Source: a virus | Taxonomy: Duplodnaviria > Heunggongvirae > Uroviricota > Caudoviricetes | Virus record (IMG/VR): IMGVR_UViG_2711768057_000005 | Length of the DNA stretch: 24,533 nt | Strand: one strand, 5' to 3' | Part shown: positions 9,233-17,177 of the stretch, piece after piece | Layout of the letters: the number at the start of each line of letters is the position of its first letter | Position numbering within the stretch: position 1 is the first letter of the stretch | Program-made: the position numbers and the translations under genes | Notes under the pieces: model-generated | The model's database searches: none | What the model saw: the letters and a program-made list of their open reading frames with translations, nothing else | What the model was told of the DNA's origin: nothing

Positions 9233-9309
9233 TGGCGCGCTGTACTGGATTCGAACCAGTGACCGATTGCTTAGAAGGCAATTGCTCTGTCCGGCTGAGC
9301 TAACAACGC
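9233..9309 (-). tRNA. tRNA-Arg (anticodon UCU)
   Basis: Hand-folded cloverleaf: acceptor GCGTTGT/ACAGCGC, D-stem GCTC/GAGC, anticodon stem ATTGC/GCAAT, loop CTTCTAA, T-arm ACTGG-TTCGAAT-CCAGT, discriminator G, CCA. Same position as argN/argO in lambdoid phages. Confidence 0.85.
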
Positions 9310-9343
9310 TGAATACCGATAATGGACCGCCATCGGGGACCCG

Positions 9344-9355
9344 CCCCCCCCCCCC
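9344..9355. repeat. C12 homopolymer (G12 on the transcribed strand) in the inter-tRNA spacer
   Basis: Twelve consecutive C between the two tRNA genes. Confidence 0.9.
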
Positions 9356-9416
9356 GCACCAACAACCCTGTTATCGTGTCGTCTGCTCTTCCTGATAAGC
9401 TCATGGCGGTTTGTGA

Positions 9417-9492
9417 TGGTGGCCCTTGCTGGATTTGAACCAGCGACCTGGCGATTATGAGTCGCTCGCTCTCACCACTGAGCTAAAGGACC
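9417..9492 (-). tRNA. tRNA with CAU anticodon, ileX/ileZ-like (tRNA-Ile2, lysidine-type) rather than Met
   Basis: Hand-folded: acceptor GGTCCTT/AAGGGCC, D-stem GCTC/GAGC, loop CTCATAA, T-arm GCTGG-TTCAAAT-CCAGC, discriminator A, CCA. The 3' half is nearly identical to my memory of E. coli ileX. Confidence 0.8.
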
Positions 9493-9527
9493 GGGAGCAG
9501 AATAATAACGGTCCGTAATTAATTCCG

Positions 9528-9556
9528 CAATAAAAAACCCGCTCGGTGGCGGGTTG
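9528..9556 (-). terminator. intrinsic terminator, candidate tR' downstream of Q
   Basis: Minus strand reads AACCCGC-CACCGA-GCGGGTT followed by TTTTTTATT, about 80 nt after the Q stop codon. Confidence 0.6.
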
Positions 9557-9602
9557 TAGAAACTCTTCTAACGTCAGGTATAAAAAGCCCATCTTTATGA
9601 CG

Positions 9603-9630
9603 AATTTACCACAGATTCCGGAAAAATCAA
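9603..9630 (-). promoter_or_regulatory. candidate late promoter pR' (with qut region)
   Basis: Minus strand TTGATT, 16-nt spacer, TAAATT, starting just after the Q stop. A start here would give a roughly 55-60 nt transcript ending at the terminator at 9528-9556, analogous to lambda 6S RNA. Confidence 0.4.
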
Positions 9631-9635
9631 CCTTG

Positions 9636-10457
9636 TTACCTAGTTACCTTTTTTAACTGCCGCTCAGCCCATGCTTCTTCAATATCAAACCGGGTCACCA
9701 GCGCATCATAGAATTTCTTAACTGTTTTTTCCCATGACGCGCGTGTTATCTGGTTTGTCACCTCGCATATAGCATTAAATGCCTCCGTTGATGGTAGTCT
9801 TTCATAGCCACGACCACCACAACGCTGGCAGTCTCTGATAACAGGCATACCACGTTTTACCGACTCTTCACGGTGAATGGCGACACCACGCCCACGGCAA
9901 TCCTTACAGGCGGTGGAAACCTCACCCTTTCCGCCACACTCCGGACAGGCAACTTTTACCACCTCCCTGACTTTTTTCCATTCTTCCCAGTAAGACGGAT
10001 ACACACCTTTCGTACACTTTGCCCATACCGGCGGCTTACCATCCGGATACTGGACCTTGTTTGTAAAAACTACGCTTTCAATAAATTTTTCCCCATAGCA
10101 ACAAGGGCACTGCTTTTTACTCGCTGCGCTGCGGGCATAATCCTCAAAAGCGTACGAAGCCATAATGCGCATCACTAACGGTTTTATTTCTGCCGGAAGT
10201 TTTCTCAACGCCGCCACACGATCGCACCGACTGAGTGCATAATCTGCCAGTAATTCTGTTGCCCGCGCCCTGTCATTCATACTGATGCCCATTTTCCCCA
10301 GGAACGCAGAAAACCCCATCTCAGCCCGATTCTGTGTCATGCCCTGCGCGGCCATCACATCAGTGATACTCAGCGCATCTTTTGACGTTGAGGCCGATGC
10401 ATCGGTCAGGCAAGGGGATTTTGGGGAGTAGTATTTCGGTAAATCTTCCAGTTTCAT
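9636..10457 (-). CDS. late-gene antiterminator Q-like protein
   Basis: 273 aa in the position between rusA and the pR'/tRNA/lysis region. Three zinc-ribbon-like motifs (CPECGGKGE, CKDCRGRG, CQRCGGRG). ATGA overlap with the rusA stop. Confidence 0.6.
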   Translation of the reverse strand: MKLEDLPKYYSPKSPCLTDASASTSKDALSITDVMAAQGMTQNRAEMGFSAFLGKMGISMNDRARATELLADYALSRCDRVAALRKLPAEIKPLVMRIMASYAFEDYARSAASKKQCPCCYGEKFIESVVFTNKVQYPDGKPPVWAKCTKGVYPSYWEEWKKVREVVKVACPECGGKGEVSTACKDCRGRGVAIHREESVKRGMPVIRDCQRCGGRGYERLPSTEAFNAICEVTNQITRASWEKTVKKFYDALVTRFDIEEAWAERQLKKVTR

Positions 10458-10828
10458 TTTTTGACCTGCTCTTCATGCATTATGGGGTAAATCTTCACCC
10501 CCATACGTCCACCAGATACTGGCTGACCACGAACGATATTGATTTCATCAAACTGCTCATCGTCCATTAACACTCCCGCATGCGTCAGCGCATCCAGCGG
10601 TGCTTTAAGGATATTGTCCAGGTCGCGACGACGCTTATCCGGTGGCTCTGCAATCACCTTTATCGCCAGCCTTCCGGACAGGCTTAATTTCAGCCGCTGC
10701 TGGCGAACAATAAGCGCCACAGCCCGGCGATAACGCTTTCCCTCCTCCGAGATAAAATATGTGCTGCCACGGCGTCGCCAGTAAGTGTTCACCGTCGGCG
10801 GGTAAGGTAAAACCAAATCTATGAGCAT
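10454..10828 (-). CDS. rusA: RusA Holliday junction resolvase
   Basis: 124 aa with the RusA signature PDKRRRDLDNILKAPLDALTHAGVLMDDEQ (compare E. coli RusA [30 protein letters not shown]). SD AGAGGTGA before the ATG. Confidence 0.85.
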   Translation of the reverse strand: MLIDLVLPYPPTVNTYWRRRGSTYFISEEGKRYRRAVALIVRQQRLKLSLSGRLAIKVIAEPPDKRRRDLDNILKAPLDALTHAGVLMDDEQFDEINIVRGQPVSGGRMGVKIYPIMHEEQVKK

Positions 10829-10840
10829 CAGTCACCTCTT

Positions 10841-11890
10841 TTACCCAAGCACGCCAGTTGCAAAGGCGTGATCAAGAAAACGAAAGATTAAATCAACCTG
10901 AGAACCATGCTTTTCTTCGAACGCCAGCGGATCCGCATGAAGCTCGTTGTGATGCTCCCGACACAGCGGTAGCGTGAAAATATCGTGAGATTTTGTCCCC
11001 ATTCCGCCCTGACCATGACCAATCAGGTGATGGGGATCGTCGGCTGGCTTACCACAACACGCACACGGCTGTGTCTTCACCCAGCGTGTGTATTTCTCGT
11101 TAACCCAGCGGCGACGTTTAGGTCGTTTCATAAAAGATTCCGGAGACTCAGGATCAACGGCAATGCTTACCACCGTCTTTTCCTGTAGTGGGTGTTGTTC
11201 CTGGTGGGCGTGAGGCAACAGTGCAAGATTTTTTGTGCGCTGTTTCAGTATGCTGGTGGCGGTCTGCTCTCCCGGTACGATGTCGCTTTCACGGTACATT
11301 GAGCGGATTTTTTCCGCACGCAACCCCAGCGAACGACGTAATACCGCTTCCGGTAGCGCGTCCGCCACCTGATTGCGGACCGCCCACCAGGATAATTCAG
11401 CCAGAGATAATTCACGCTCCTGCGTACCGCTTATTGCGTGACCGATGACGTCAATCATCCATGCTGACAGGTTTTGATGAGCAACTTGCTCGAGTGATTC
11501 GGATGTCTGGTCACGCAGCTGGTTGTCGCAGTGCCAGCACAACACCATTGCGCCGGTACCATAACGGTGAATGACGGTTTCGCTGTGATGATAATCGCCG
11601 TGTGGCCACTGGCAGGATTTAATATGGCGCAACAGCCAGTCAGACAATGCACCAGCACCACCAGCAGCACGAATCACCCGTGCGTTACTGAAAAACGGCA
11701 GCAATGTTTTGTCTTCCACCAGCGGCTGGCGAGCGGCAGGAACGACCCCGGACGGCAGATTACGCATGCTTTTCGGTTCCGGCTCCACCAGTAACCGGGT
11801 ATTGTGGAATACCGGCATGGATTCACGGCCCGGCTTAACGATCACCAGCCCGAGTTCCGGTACCAGAACAGGTCGAAGTAATACCCGCAC
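10841..11890 (-). CDS. ydfU: DUF968-type protein with C-terminal HNH-like motif (YdfU-like)
   Basis: 349 aa, GTG start with SD GGAGG. C-terminal CACCGK..HHLIGHGQGGMGTKSHD..LPLCREHHNELH is an HNH/Ref-like metal-binding motif. Symbol from recalled Qin gene order. Confidence 0.6.
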   Translation of the reverse strand: MRVLLRPVLVPELGLVIVKPGRESMPVFHNTRLLVEPEPKSMRNLPSGVVPAARQPLVEDKTLLPFFSNARVIRAAGGAGALSDWLLRHIKSCQWPHGDYHHSETVIHRYGTGAMVLCWHCDNQLRDQTSESLEQVAHQNLSAWMIDVIGHAISGTQERELSLAELSWWAVRNQVADALPEAVLRRSLGLRAEKIRSMYRESDIVPGEQTATSILKQRTKNLALLPHAHQEQHPLQEKTVVSIAVDPESPESFMKRPKRRRWVNEKYTRWVKTQPCACCGKPADDPHHLIGHGQGGMGTKSHDIFTLPLCREHHNELHADPLAFEEKHGSQVDLIFRFLDHAFATGVLG

Positions 11891-11891
11891 G

Positions 11892-12170
11892 TTACCTCCA
11901 GATGCGTTGCTGGAATGTGTGGGACGGACGCGGTGGGCGTTCGGAGTAAGGCAATCTGACTGAGATTATCCAGTGACGGTAGTCGAGGCTAAGGGCTTTT
12001 TTAACCTCGTATCCGCGCCTGCGGTAACACTGAATTATCCATTCAGCCTGCTCTTCAGTGCATGGTGGATGCTGGAACCAGTCCGATTTGAATGCATGAA
12101 AACGCCGTCCGCACCTGCTGGCAAAGACGGCAGAATCATCAGAATTGTGTAATTTGGTATCGTGCGCCAT
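11892..12170 (-). CDS. hypothetical protein (about 92 aa from ATG 12170)
   Basis: The track ORF begins at a TTG (12281); the first ATG is at 12170. Stop lies 2 nt before the DUF968 start, suggesting translational coupling. No family recognised. Confidence 0.4.
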   Translation of the reverse strand: MAHDTKLHNSDDSAVFASRCGRRFHAFKSDWFQHPPCTEEQAEWIIQCYRRRGYEVKKALSLDYRHWIISVRLPYSERPPRPSHTFQQRIWR

Positions 12171-12435
12171 CGGTTGTCTCTGCTGGCGCAGCAGGTGCCA
12201 GTTGTTCAGGCTGGCGTATAAAGTATAAATAAACTGGTTCCAGTGTAAAGCCCCTACATTAATGGAATAAAAGTCAAACAACAGATTGTTGGGATAAACA
12301 CAACGCTTATTATTAAAAGCGATTAGATAAATTAAATTTTAATGTTATGCAATTTTACCAGATCACCATAACATCTCGTTTGAAACCACCAAAACAACAA
12401 CCATATCAATTTTGATTATGTTAAAGTGAGTAAAT

Positions 12436-12522
12436 ATGGAAAACAACAAATCTGCACATTACGCTCCTTTTTTATCTGTGATACTTTTTGTTTTATGCTG
12501 TGTGTGGGCATTATTTTTATAA
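12436..12522 (+). CDS. candidate 28-aa hydrophobic peptide (speculative)
   Basis: ATG 12436 to TAA 12522 encodes MENNKSAHYAPFLSVILFVLCCVWALFL. Weak SD (GTGAG). Lies just downstream of hok on the opposite strand. Confidence 0.15.
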   Translation: MENNKSAHYAPFLSVILFVLCCVWALFL

Positions 12523-12533
12523 AAATATTTACA

Positions 12534-12560
12534 GATAAAATAAACCCGCCGAAGCGGGTT
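12534..12560 (-). terminator. intrinsic terminator at the hok transcript 3' end
   Basis: Minus strand reads AACCCGC-TTCG-GCGGGTT followed by TATTTTATC, about 70 nt after the hok stop codon. Confidence 0.6.
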
Positions 12561-12628
12561 AAGTGCGGGTGCATTGAGGATGCCTGACACATCAGAGGTG
12601 GCGAGGGATTTCTCCCTCGCCTGGTCTC

Positions 12629-12784
12629 TTACTCCTCAGGTTCGTAAGCTGTGAAGACAGCGACCTCCGTCTGGCCGGTTCGGAGTCGTACCTCGCAGAG
12701 GTCTTTCCTCGTTACCAGTGCCGTCACTATGACGGTTAAACAGATGACGATCAGGGCGATTAACATCGCCTTTTGCTGCTTCAT
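12629..12784 (-). CDS. hokD: Hok-family type I toxin (HokD/RelF-like)
   Basis: 51-aa product MKQQKAMLIALIVICLTVIVTALVTRKDLCEVRLRTGQTEVAVFTAYEPEE matches my memory of HokD almost residue for residue. SD AAGGAG upstream. The track ORF has a 19-codon in-frame extension. No relBE genes are upstream here. Confidence 0.85.
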   Translation of the reverse strand: MKQQKAMLIALIVICLTVIVTALVTRKDLCEVRLRTGQTEVAVFTAYEPEE

Positions 12785-13401
12785 AGCCTGCTTCTCCTTG
12801 CCTTTCGGCACGTAAGAGGCTAACCTACATGTGTCTAGCATGAAATTGGCCTCAGATTAATGTTAAGCGTCTTGCAGGACGCGTAATGTTAACTGGGGCT
12901 TTTCTCTATCTGCCTTTGGTGTTCATGCCTGAGGCAGATAGCCTCAAGCACCCGCAGCAATTCTACTTAACTCACGTCACCTCGCCAATATAAAATCAAT
13001 CAGAAAGGCGATCCGTAAGAACAACAGCAAGACAATAAATTGCCATTACAGCCGCAATAGCTAGCGCACATTTGAGAACCAGCACGACAACCTCCTGTAT
13101 TGGACGTACACCAGTCCTGATAAATATGAGGCTGTCTCATCATTGATTCAATATAACTATTGGGTATAGTTTCTGTGATTTTGTTCTGTAGAAATGGAAC
13201 ACAACAACCAGTCACCACCAGCACTTCTTTAAATACGCCAAGTCCGACGCAAGCTAACCTTCTAGTCCGCTTTGAGCGATCTGTAGACATTGCTAGCAGC
13301 CTTCTGTGTGAATTCTCAGGGAGCAGGTCGGCATAGCATCACGTTGAGGCTCTTACCCTACTTGTTGACACCAACCCTAACTCCACAGACTGATTCATAA
13401 A

Positions 13402-14403
13402 TTAGTAATCTGCGTATTTCGCACTTTTCAGAAATGCTTTCATATTTTCATTAGGTCGCTCAATTTCGAAGTTACTTCCATATAACTCTTGTAATTTTGG
13501 CCATAACTTACTTAATAACCCTCTCCTGCGATAAAATGGATGTATCCAAACGGTAGATAGGTACGGAGAATTTGCATTTGAATTGTTTATTGTGACCAGC
13601 CCAACTAAACATTGTCGATAACCACTATTATCCATTGATTGTATTTCTTCGACGAATGGATACGCGATTACATCAGTCCAACCATGATCGGTTGTATCCC
13701 ATTGCATTCCGTCATGACATTCCTTCGACTGATAGCGGCGTAAAGCTACACACGCGAGCTTTTGCCAATCTGGAGAATTAATTGTGATCTCTTCATCGTA
13801 TGACGCGCCTATTGGAGCGGGTATTGGTCTGATTAATCCAGCATGGCATTCATCATAGAACTTCATGTTTCCCTCAGAAACGTTGTGTACGTTGGGTTGC
13901 TCCATGTGTGCGCCATTCAAAAATAGCTCTGATAGTAGTGTATCTACACTGTAATCTTTATTGATTATTGTCGGCTTAGAGTTTTTCTTATTAAGGCCGC
14001 GAGTAACGATTTTTTGATCAATGTTAACAACATGGAATAATCCGTCGGGGAGACTAGCGAACCACGATGGGGCATCGGACCAGAATAGCATGCCTTTTGT
14101 ACTTCTTAAGAGTTTAATTAAGTTAATACAAGCTTCTTCACTAGTCTTGCCGTTGATGCGAAGTATGTTAGGACTAAAGTAATATTCATCCATATCAGGG
14201 AATGCAGCTTCGCAAAACTCCTGTACATAATTTAGCACCTGGATTCTACAGAGATCATCATAGCTGGTAATAACTAAGGGGATATCTTCATTACTATTAT
14301 GATTATCAATAATGCAATCTATAGCGAGACTTACTGCTTTGCGTATCACTTCAGTTGAATCTAACGACTCTAAAAATTTTGTCTTTCGTGTGCGAATATC
14401 CAT
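13402..14403 (-). CDS. hypothetical protein with C-terminal GNAT-acetyltransferase-like motif (gene 2 of low-GC insert)
   Basis: 333 aa, ATG 14403 is 15 nt after the upstream gene stop. C-terminal VWIHPFYRRRGLLSKLWPKL resembles GNAT motif A (h-x-P-x-Y-R-x-x-G-h-[GA]). N-terminal two thirds not recognised. Hand-sampled 60-nt stretches give roughly 37% GC. Confidence 0.55.
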   Translation of the reverse strand: MDIRTRKTKFLESLDSTEVIRKAVSLAIDCIIDNHNSNEDIPLVITSYDDLCRIQVLNYVQEFCEAAFPDMDEYYFSPNILRINGKTSEEACINLIKLLRSTKGMLFWSDAPSWFASLPDGLFHVVNIDQKIVTRGLNKKNSKPTIINKDYSVDTLLSELFLNGAHMEQPNVHNVSEGNMKFYDECHAGLIRPIPAPIGASYDEEITINSPDWQKLACVALRRYQSKECHDGMQWDTTDHGWTDVIAYPFVEEIQSMDNSGYRQCLVGLVTINNSNANSPYLSTVWIHPFYRRRGLLSKLWPKLQELYGSNFEIERPNENMKAFLKSAKYADY

Positions 14404-14418
14404 GTATGACCTGCGCTA

Positions 14419-15441
14419 TTAAAATTCATGAATGAACGGTTTGTCATCTGGTTGCAAAATGGTGGTTTTATTCGTTGCTACATTTAAACTGTTGTAGAGC
14501 ATAATTGCCAGGTTCGATGCATTTTCAATCAGCGTTTCAAGATCCTGGTCTGTAATCACTACGAGGTTCCCTTCTTTATCCTTTCCACCACGATGCACTA
14601 AGTGATTTCGATTGAGGGTTGCCAATTCAATAGCTTCTATCGGACAGTCTTTTTGTACTTTTATATCGAATGTAGCTTCATAGCGGTCGATTACCTTTTT
14701 AGTGCTATGCCAGCTTGCACTGATCAAGTGTTCCTTGATTGACCTGATTAGCTCTCCCCTAATTTTCTCGATGGGTTCACCCTTGAAAGGCAACGCAGCA
14801 ATATCTTTGCTTACTTTAAATTCAGTCTTACCTTTTTCTATACAATTGGCTATGTAGACATCATCTTTCTCTATAGAATTAATGAATAGCTCAACATAAA
14901 GCGTTTCCAAAGCTGTAATAACATTCGTGTAGAGCAAACTAAGCAAGTGGTTTTTTTGCTGTTGTTCAGTTTTATCTTTTGCAAGTTTTTTTATTTTATC
15001 GATATTATCAATGAATTTTAAATACGGATTACCGGAAGACGTTACAGCGTCGTAGATATCATCATCGTACCAATCATCTATATTATTTGAGTTTCCAGAC
15101 CAGTCAAAACATTGTGTTTGTAATTCATCTACTAATTCCTCAATATACTCAGATTTAACATATTGACCGAAGATGGATTGTAGTTCTTCGCTCGCATCAT
15201 ACGGCCCGCCATATATGTAAGCATAGCCACCTTCTCTACTTTCATACGGACAAGCATTTGCCGGATCTTCAAAGTTTTCAAAGAACCAGTTTTTCATTAC
15301 TTCGAGTTGATCTTTTTTGCTTATGTATTTTAAAGATTTTAGTGGAACTTTCTTTCCATTAACCTCGAAAACAATTTTCACGATGTAACGCTCCCTTGTA
15401 TCAATTGCGCAACTATTATACCACAGCGAAATACAGGGCAT
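14419..15441 (-). CDS. hypothetical protein with HEPN-like R-x4-H motif (gene 1 of low-GC insert)
   Basis: Start chosen at ATG 15441 because of a strong SD AAGGAGG 6 nt upstream (track ORF extends to 15531). 340 aa. Near the C-terminus LNRNHLVHRGG fits the HEPN R-x(4-6)-H pattern. Hand-sampled stretches give roughly 27-37% GC against about 58% in a sample of the neighbouring replication gene. Confidence 0.55.
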   Translation of the reverse strand: MPCISLWYNSCAIDTRERYIVKIVFEVNGKKVPLKSLKYISKKDQLEVMKNWFFENFEDPANACPYESREGGYAYIYGGPYDASEELQSIFGQYVKSEYIEELVDELQTQCFDWSGNSNNIDDWYDDDIYDAVTSSGNPYLKFIDNIDKIKKLAKDKTEQQQKNHLLSLLYTNVITALETLYVELFINSIEKDDVYIANCIEKGKTEFKVSKDIAALPFKGEPIEKIRGELIRSIKEHLISASWHSTKKVIDRYEATFDIKVQKDCPIEAIELATLNRNHLVHRGGKDKEGNLVVITDQDLETLIENASNLAIMLYNSLNVATNKTTILQPDDKPFIHEF

Positions 15442-15572
15442 AACCTGCCTCCTTAAACTAACATACCATGAGCCAGCAATGTCCGCTATTGGCACAAAGC
15501 GGACAACCACGCTAGCTCTACCCTGTGCCACAAAATGTCAATTTGCATCTGAACTAATGCACTTTAATCTCG

Positions 15573-15995
15573 TCACTTCAATAAATACCGAACATCACCC
15601 TGATAAAACGACAATATGCGCTGCATAACTTCACTCTTCCGGCACTCGCGACAGATTATGTTCTGACGCCTGTCGTAGCGACGTATTTCTCCGTCAGGTA
15701 ATGACCAGATAAGGTCCGGATCAACCGCAGATGGTTTCTTCAGCTTTGCCCTTGAGAGCTTTTTACGGGCATTTTGCCAGTCCTTACGCGCCTGTTCAGA
15801 CGGGAATAACCCGTAACCAGAGTTGCATACATCGCCGCTGGCAACCAGCTCTCTTGCGAGAACGCTCATCAGATATCTTGTCGCACCTGTCTTGACTTCC
15901 AGTTGCCGTAACGTCTCACGCCCACTCTGGCGTACGAGTTCAACAACCTGTCCTTTAATTTTTTCCCGCTCTTCTTGTGTAAAAACTTTTGCCAC
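15573..15995 (-). CDS. hypothetical protein (140 aa)
   Basis: GTG 15995 with SD AGGAGG 5 nt upstream. Basic, with a C-x-x-C pair (CRECRK). Follows the replication gene in the same operon. Confidence 0.5.
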   Translation of the reverse strand: MAKVFTQEEREKIKGQVVELVRQSGRETLRQLEVKTGATRYLMSVLARELVASGDVCNSGYGLFPSEQARKDWQNARKKLSRAKLKKPSAVDPDLIWSLPDGEIRRYDRRQNIICRECRKSEVMQRILSFYQGDVRYLLK

Positions 15996-16035
15996 AAGCC
16001 CTCCTGAAAATTACCTCATGACCAGAAATTAACAC

Positions 16036-17112
16036 TTACCCCCTGAAGCCCGGCGGAATTTCGTTATCCGGTTCAGAAATATGATTCACACAACGCTGGT
16101 TGTTCGTGCCGCTTACCGGGAGCAACCAGGGGTTCTCAAAATTCCGGTCCGGTCCAAAAAACGTCGTCGCTCGCTGAACAAATTCCGTTCCCGTTTTCCC
16201 GGTAGCCGCCAAGTATCTTGCGTAACGCCTCACGCCATCCAGCATGGCCTCTGGTGGCACCCCCTCGCGTAATCTGGCCTTCCAGGCACTGAAAGCGGAT
16301 TTCTTCGGGTTTGCCCCAGCACGCAACGGGTACTCCCGCCAGACCTGTTCGAACACATCCGGATAATCCACTCGTCCCACAGACTGCCCGGTGTTTTCCG
16401 GGACTACCCGATCGGCTTCCCGCTGAATGGCGGAATCGGCTTCGGGCTGCTGCAGTTGGTGTGATTGCTCCGGCCTTGCGGTCATCACCTGCTGCACAGC
16501 GCCCGAATCGGCTTTCAGCGCATACGCTGAATCGGCTTCCGGTGTCGTGCCTGCTGGCTGACCAAGATTGACGGTCTGAACATCCCCTGCCTGGTTCGTG
16601 GCGTTTTTTACGCCATGGACCATAGTGTTTTGATCTTCTTGATCTGTATCTTTATCTGTATCTTTATCTGTCGTGACTCGTCGTGACATGTGCGTGACAT
16701 TTCGTGACGCGCCGTGACAATCGCCATTTTGTTCCCGCTTTCTTTCCCTCTCTCGCTGCGCCCTCTTGCGCTCTGCAGGAGATTTTGCGGTTTGCGAAAT
16801 ATTGCCGTTGTCCTCTTTAAGCACCTGGCGTTTTTCCCATCCAGTGATTAAATCACCATCAAGTACCCGCCCCTGCATCGTCTGCAAAATTGAATCAATT
16901 ACCTCTTCTGTCACGTCGAGCGCACTTGCCAAATCTTCTGTCGTGACATCAATGTGACCTCGCGTGACATTTCGTGACGCGCTCACCAGGAGGTGGATAT
17001 ACACTGCCATCACTGTTGCAATTGGCTGCCCTGACACCCTGGCAATTGTTCGCCACTTAGGGTCATTTGGCATGTCATGCCATAATCTGAGCCAGGCGTT
17101 AGCCATACTCAC
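16036..17112 (-). CDS. putative phage replication initiator (lambda O-like organisation with ori inside the gene)
   Basis: 358 aa in the position after cro/YdaT. Contains two arrays of (C/T)GTGAC direct repeats at helical spacing, plus acidic and basic low-complexity segments. Family not confirmed. Confidence 0.5.
   Translation of the reverse strand: MSMANAWLRLWHDMPNDPKWRTIARVSGQPIATVMAVYIHLLVSASRNVTRGHIDVTTEDLASALDVTEEVIDSILQTMQGRVLDGDLITGWEKRQVLKEDNGNISQTAKSPAERKRAQRERERKREQNGDCHGASRNVTHMSRRVTTDKDTDKDTDQEDQNTMVHGVKNATNQAGDVQTVNLGQPAGTTPEADSAYALKADSGAVQQVMTARPEQSHQLQQPEADSAIQREADRVVPENTGQSVGRVDYPDVFEQVWREYPLRAGANPKKSAFSAWKARLREGVPPEAMLDGVRRYARYLAATGKTGTEFVQRATTFFGPDRNFENPWLLPVSGTNNQRCVNHISEPDNEIPPGFRG
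16671..16718. repeat. iteron array A: five CGTGAC repeats at 10-11 bp spacing
   Basis: CGTGAC begins at 16672, 16682, 16693, 16703 and 16713. Preceded by 2.5 copies of the 12-mer ATCTGTATCTTT (16642-16671) and two GATC sites. Confidence 0.6.
16941..16978. repeat. iteron array B: four (C/T)GTGAC repeats at 10-11 bp spacing
   Basis: CGTGAC at 16942, TGTGAC at 16953, CGTGAC at 16963 and 16973. Same core as array A, about 260 bp away, inside the same gene. Confidence 0.6.
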
Positions 17113-17177
17113 CTCTTCTGATACCGAATCTTTTTACTCACGAGTTGCCGGAAGCGATTCGATATGGCTATTGTCAG

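Noticed and set aside
13000-13290. 96-aa minus-strand ORF between hok and the low-GC insert
   Set aside because: Product is Cys/Ser/Gly-rich and low-complexity, with no convincing SD and no recognisable domain. More likely the non-coding hok leader / promoter region or decayed sequence.
14419-15531. Longer N-terminal extensions given by the ORF track for several genes (14419..15531, holin 6794..7066, cro-like 17587..17877, YdaT-like 17178..17675, dicB 19848..20141, ydfD 20084..20329, hok 12629..12841)
   Set aside because: In each case an internal ATG or GTG with a much better SD and a product matching the recognised family start was preferred; the extensions lack an RBS and add residues of atypical composition.
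16642-16671. The 12-bp tandem repeat ATCTGTATCTTT as a separate mobile or satellite element
   Set aside because: It lies in frame inside the replication gene, where it encodes an acidic low-complexity segment next to the iterons; best read as part of the origin and initiator, not an independent element.
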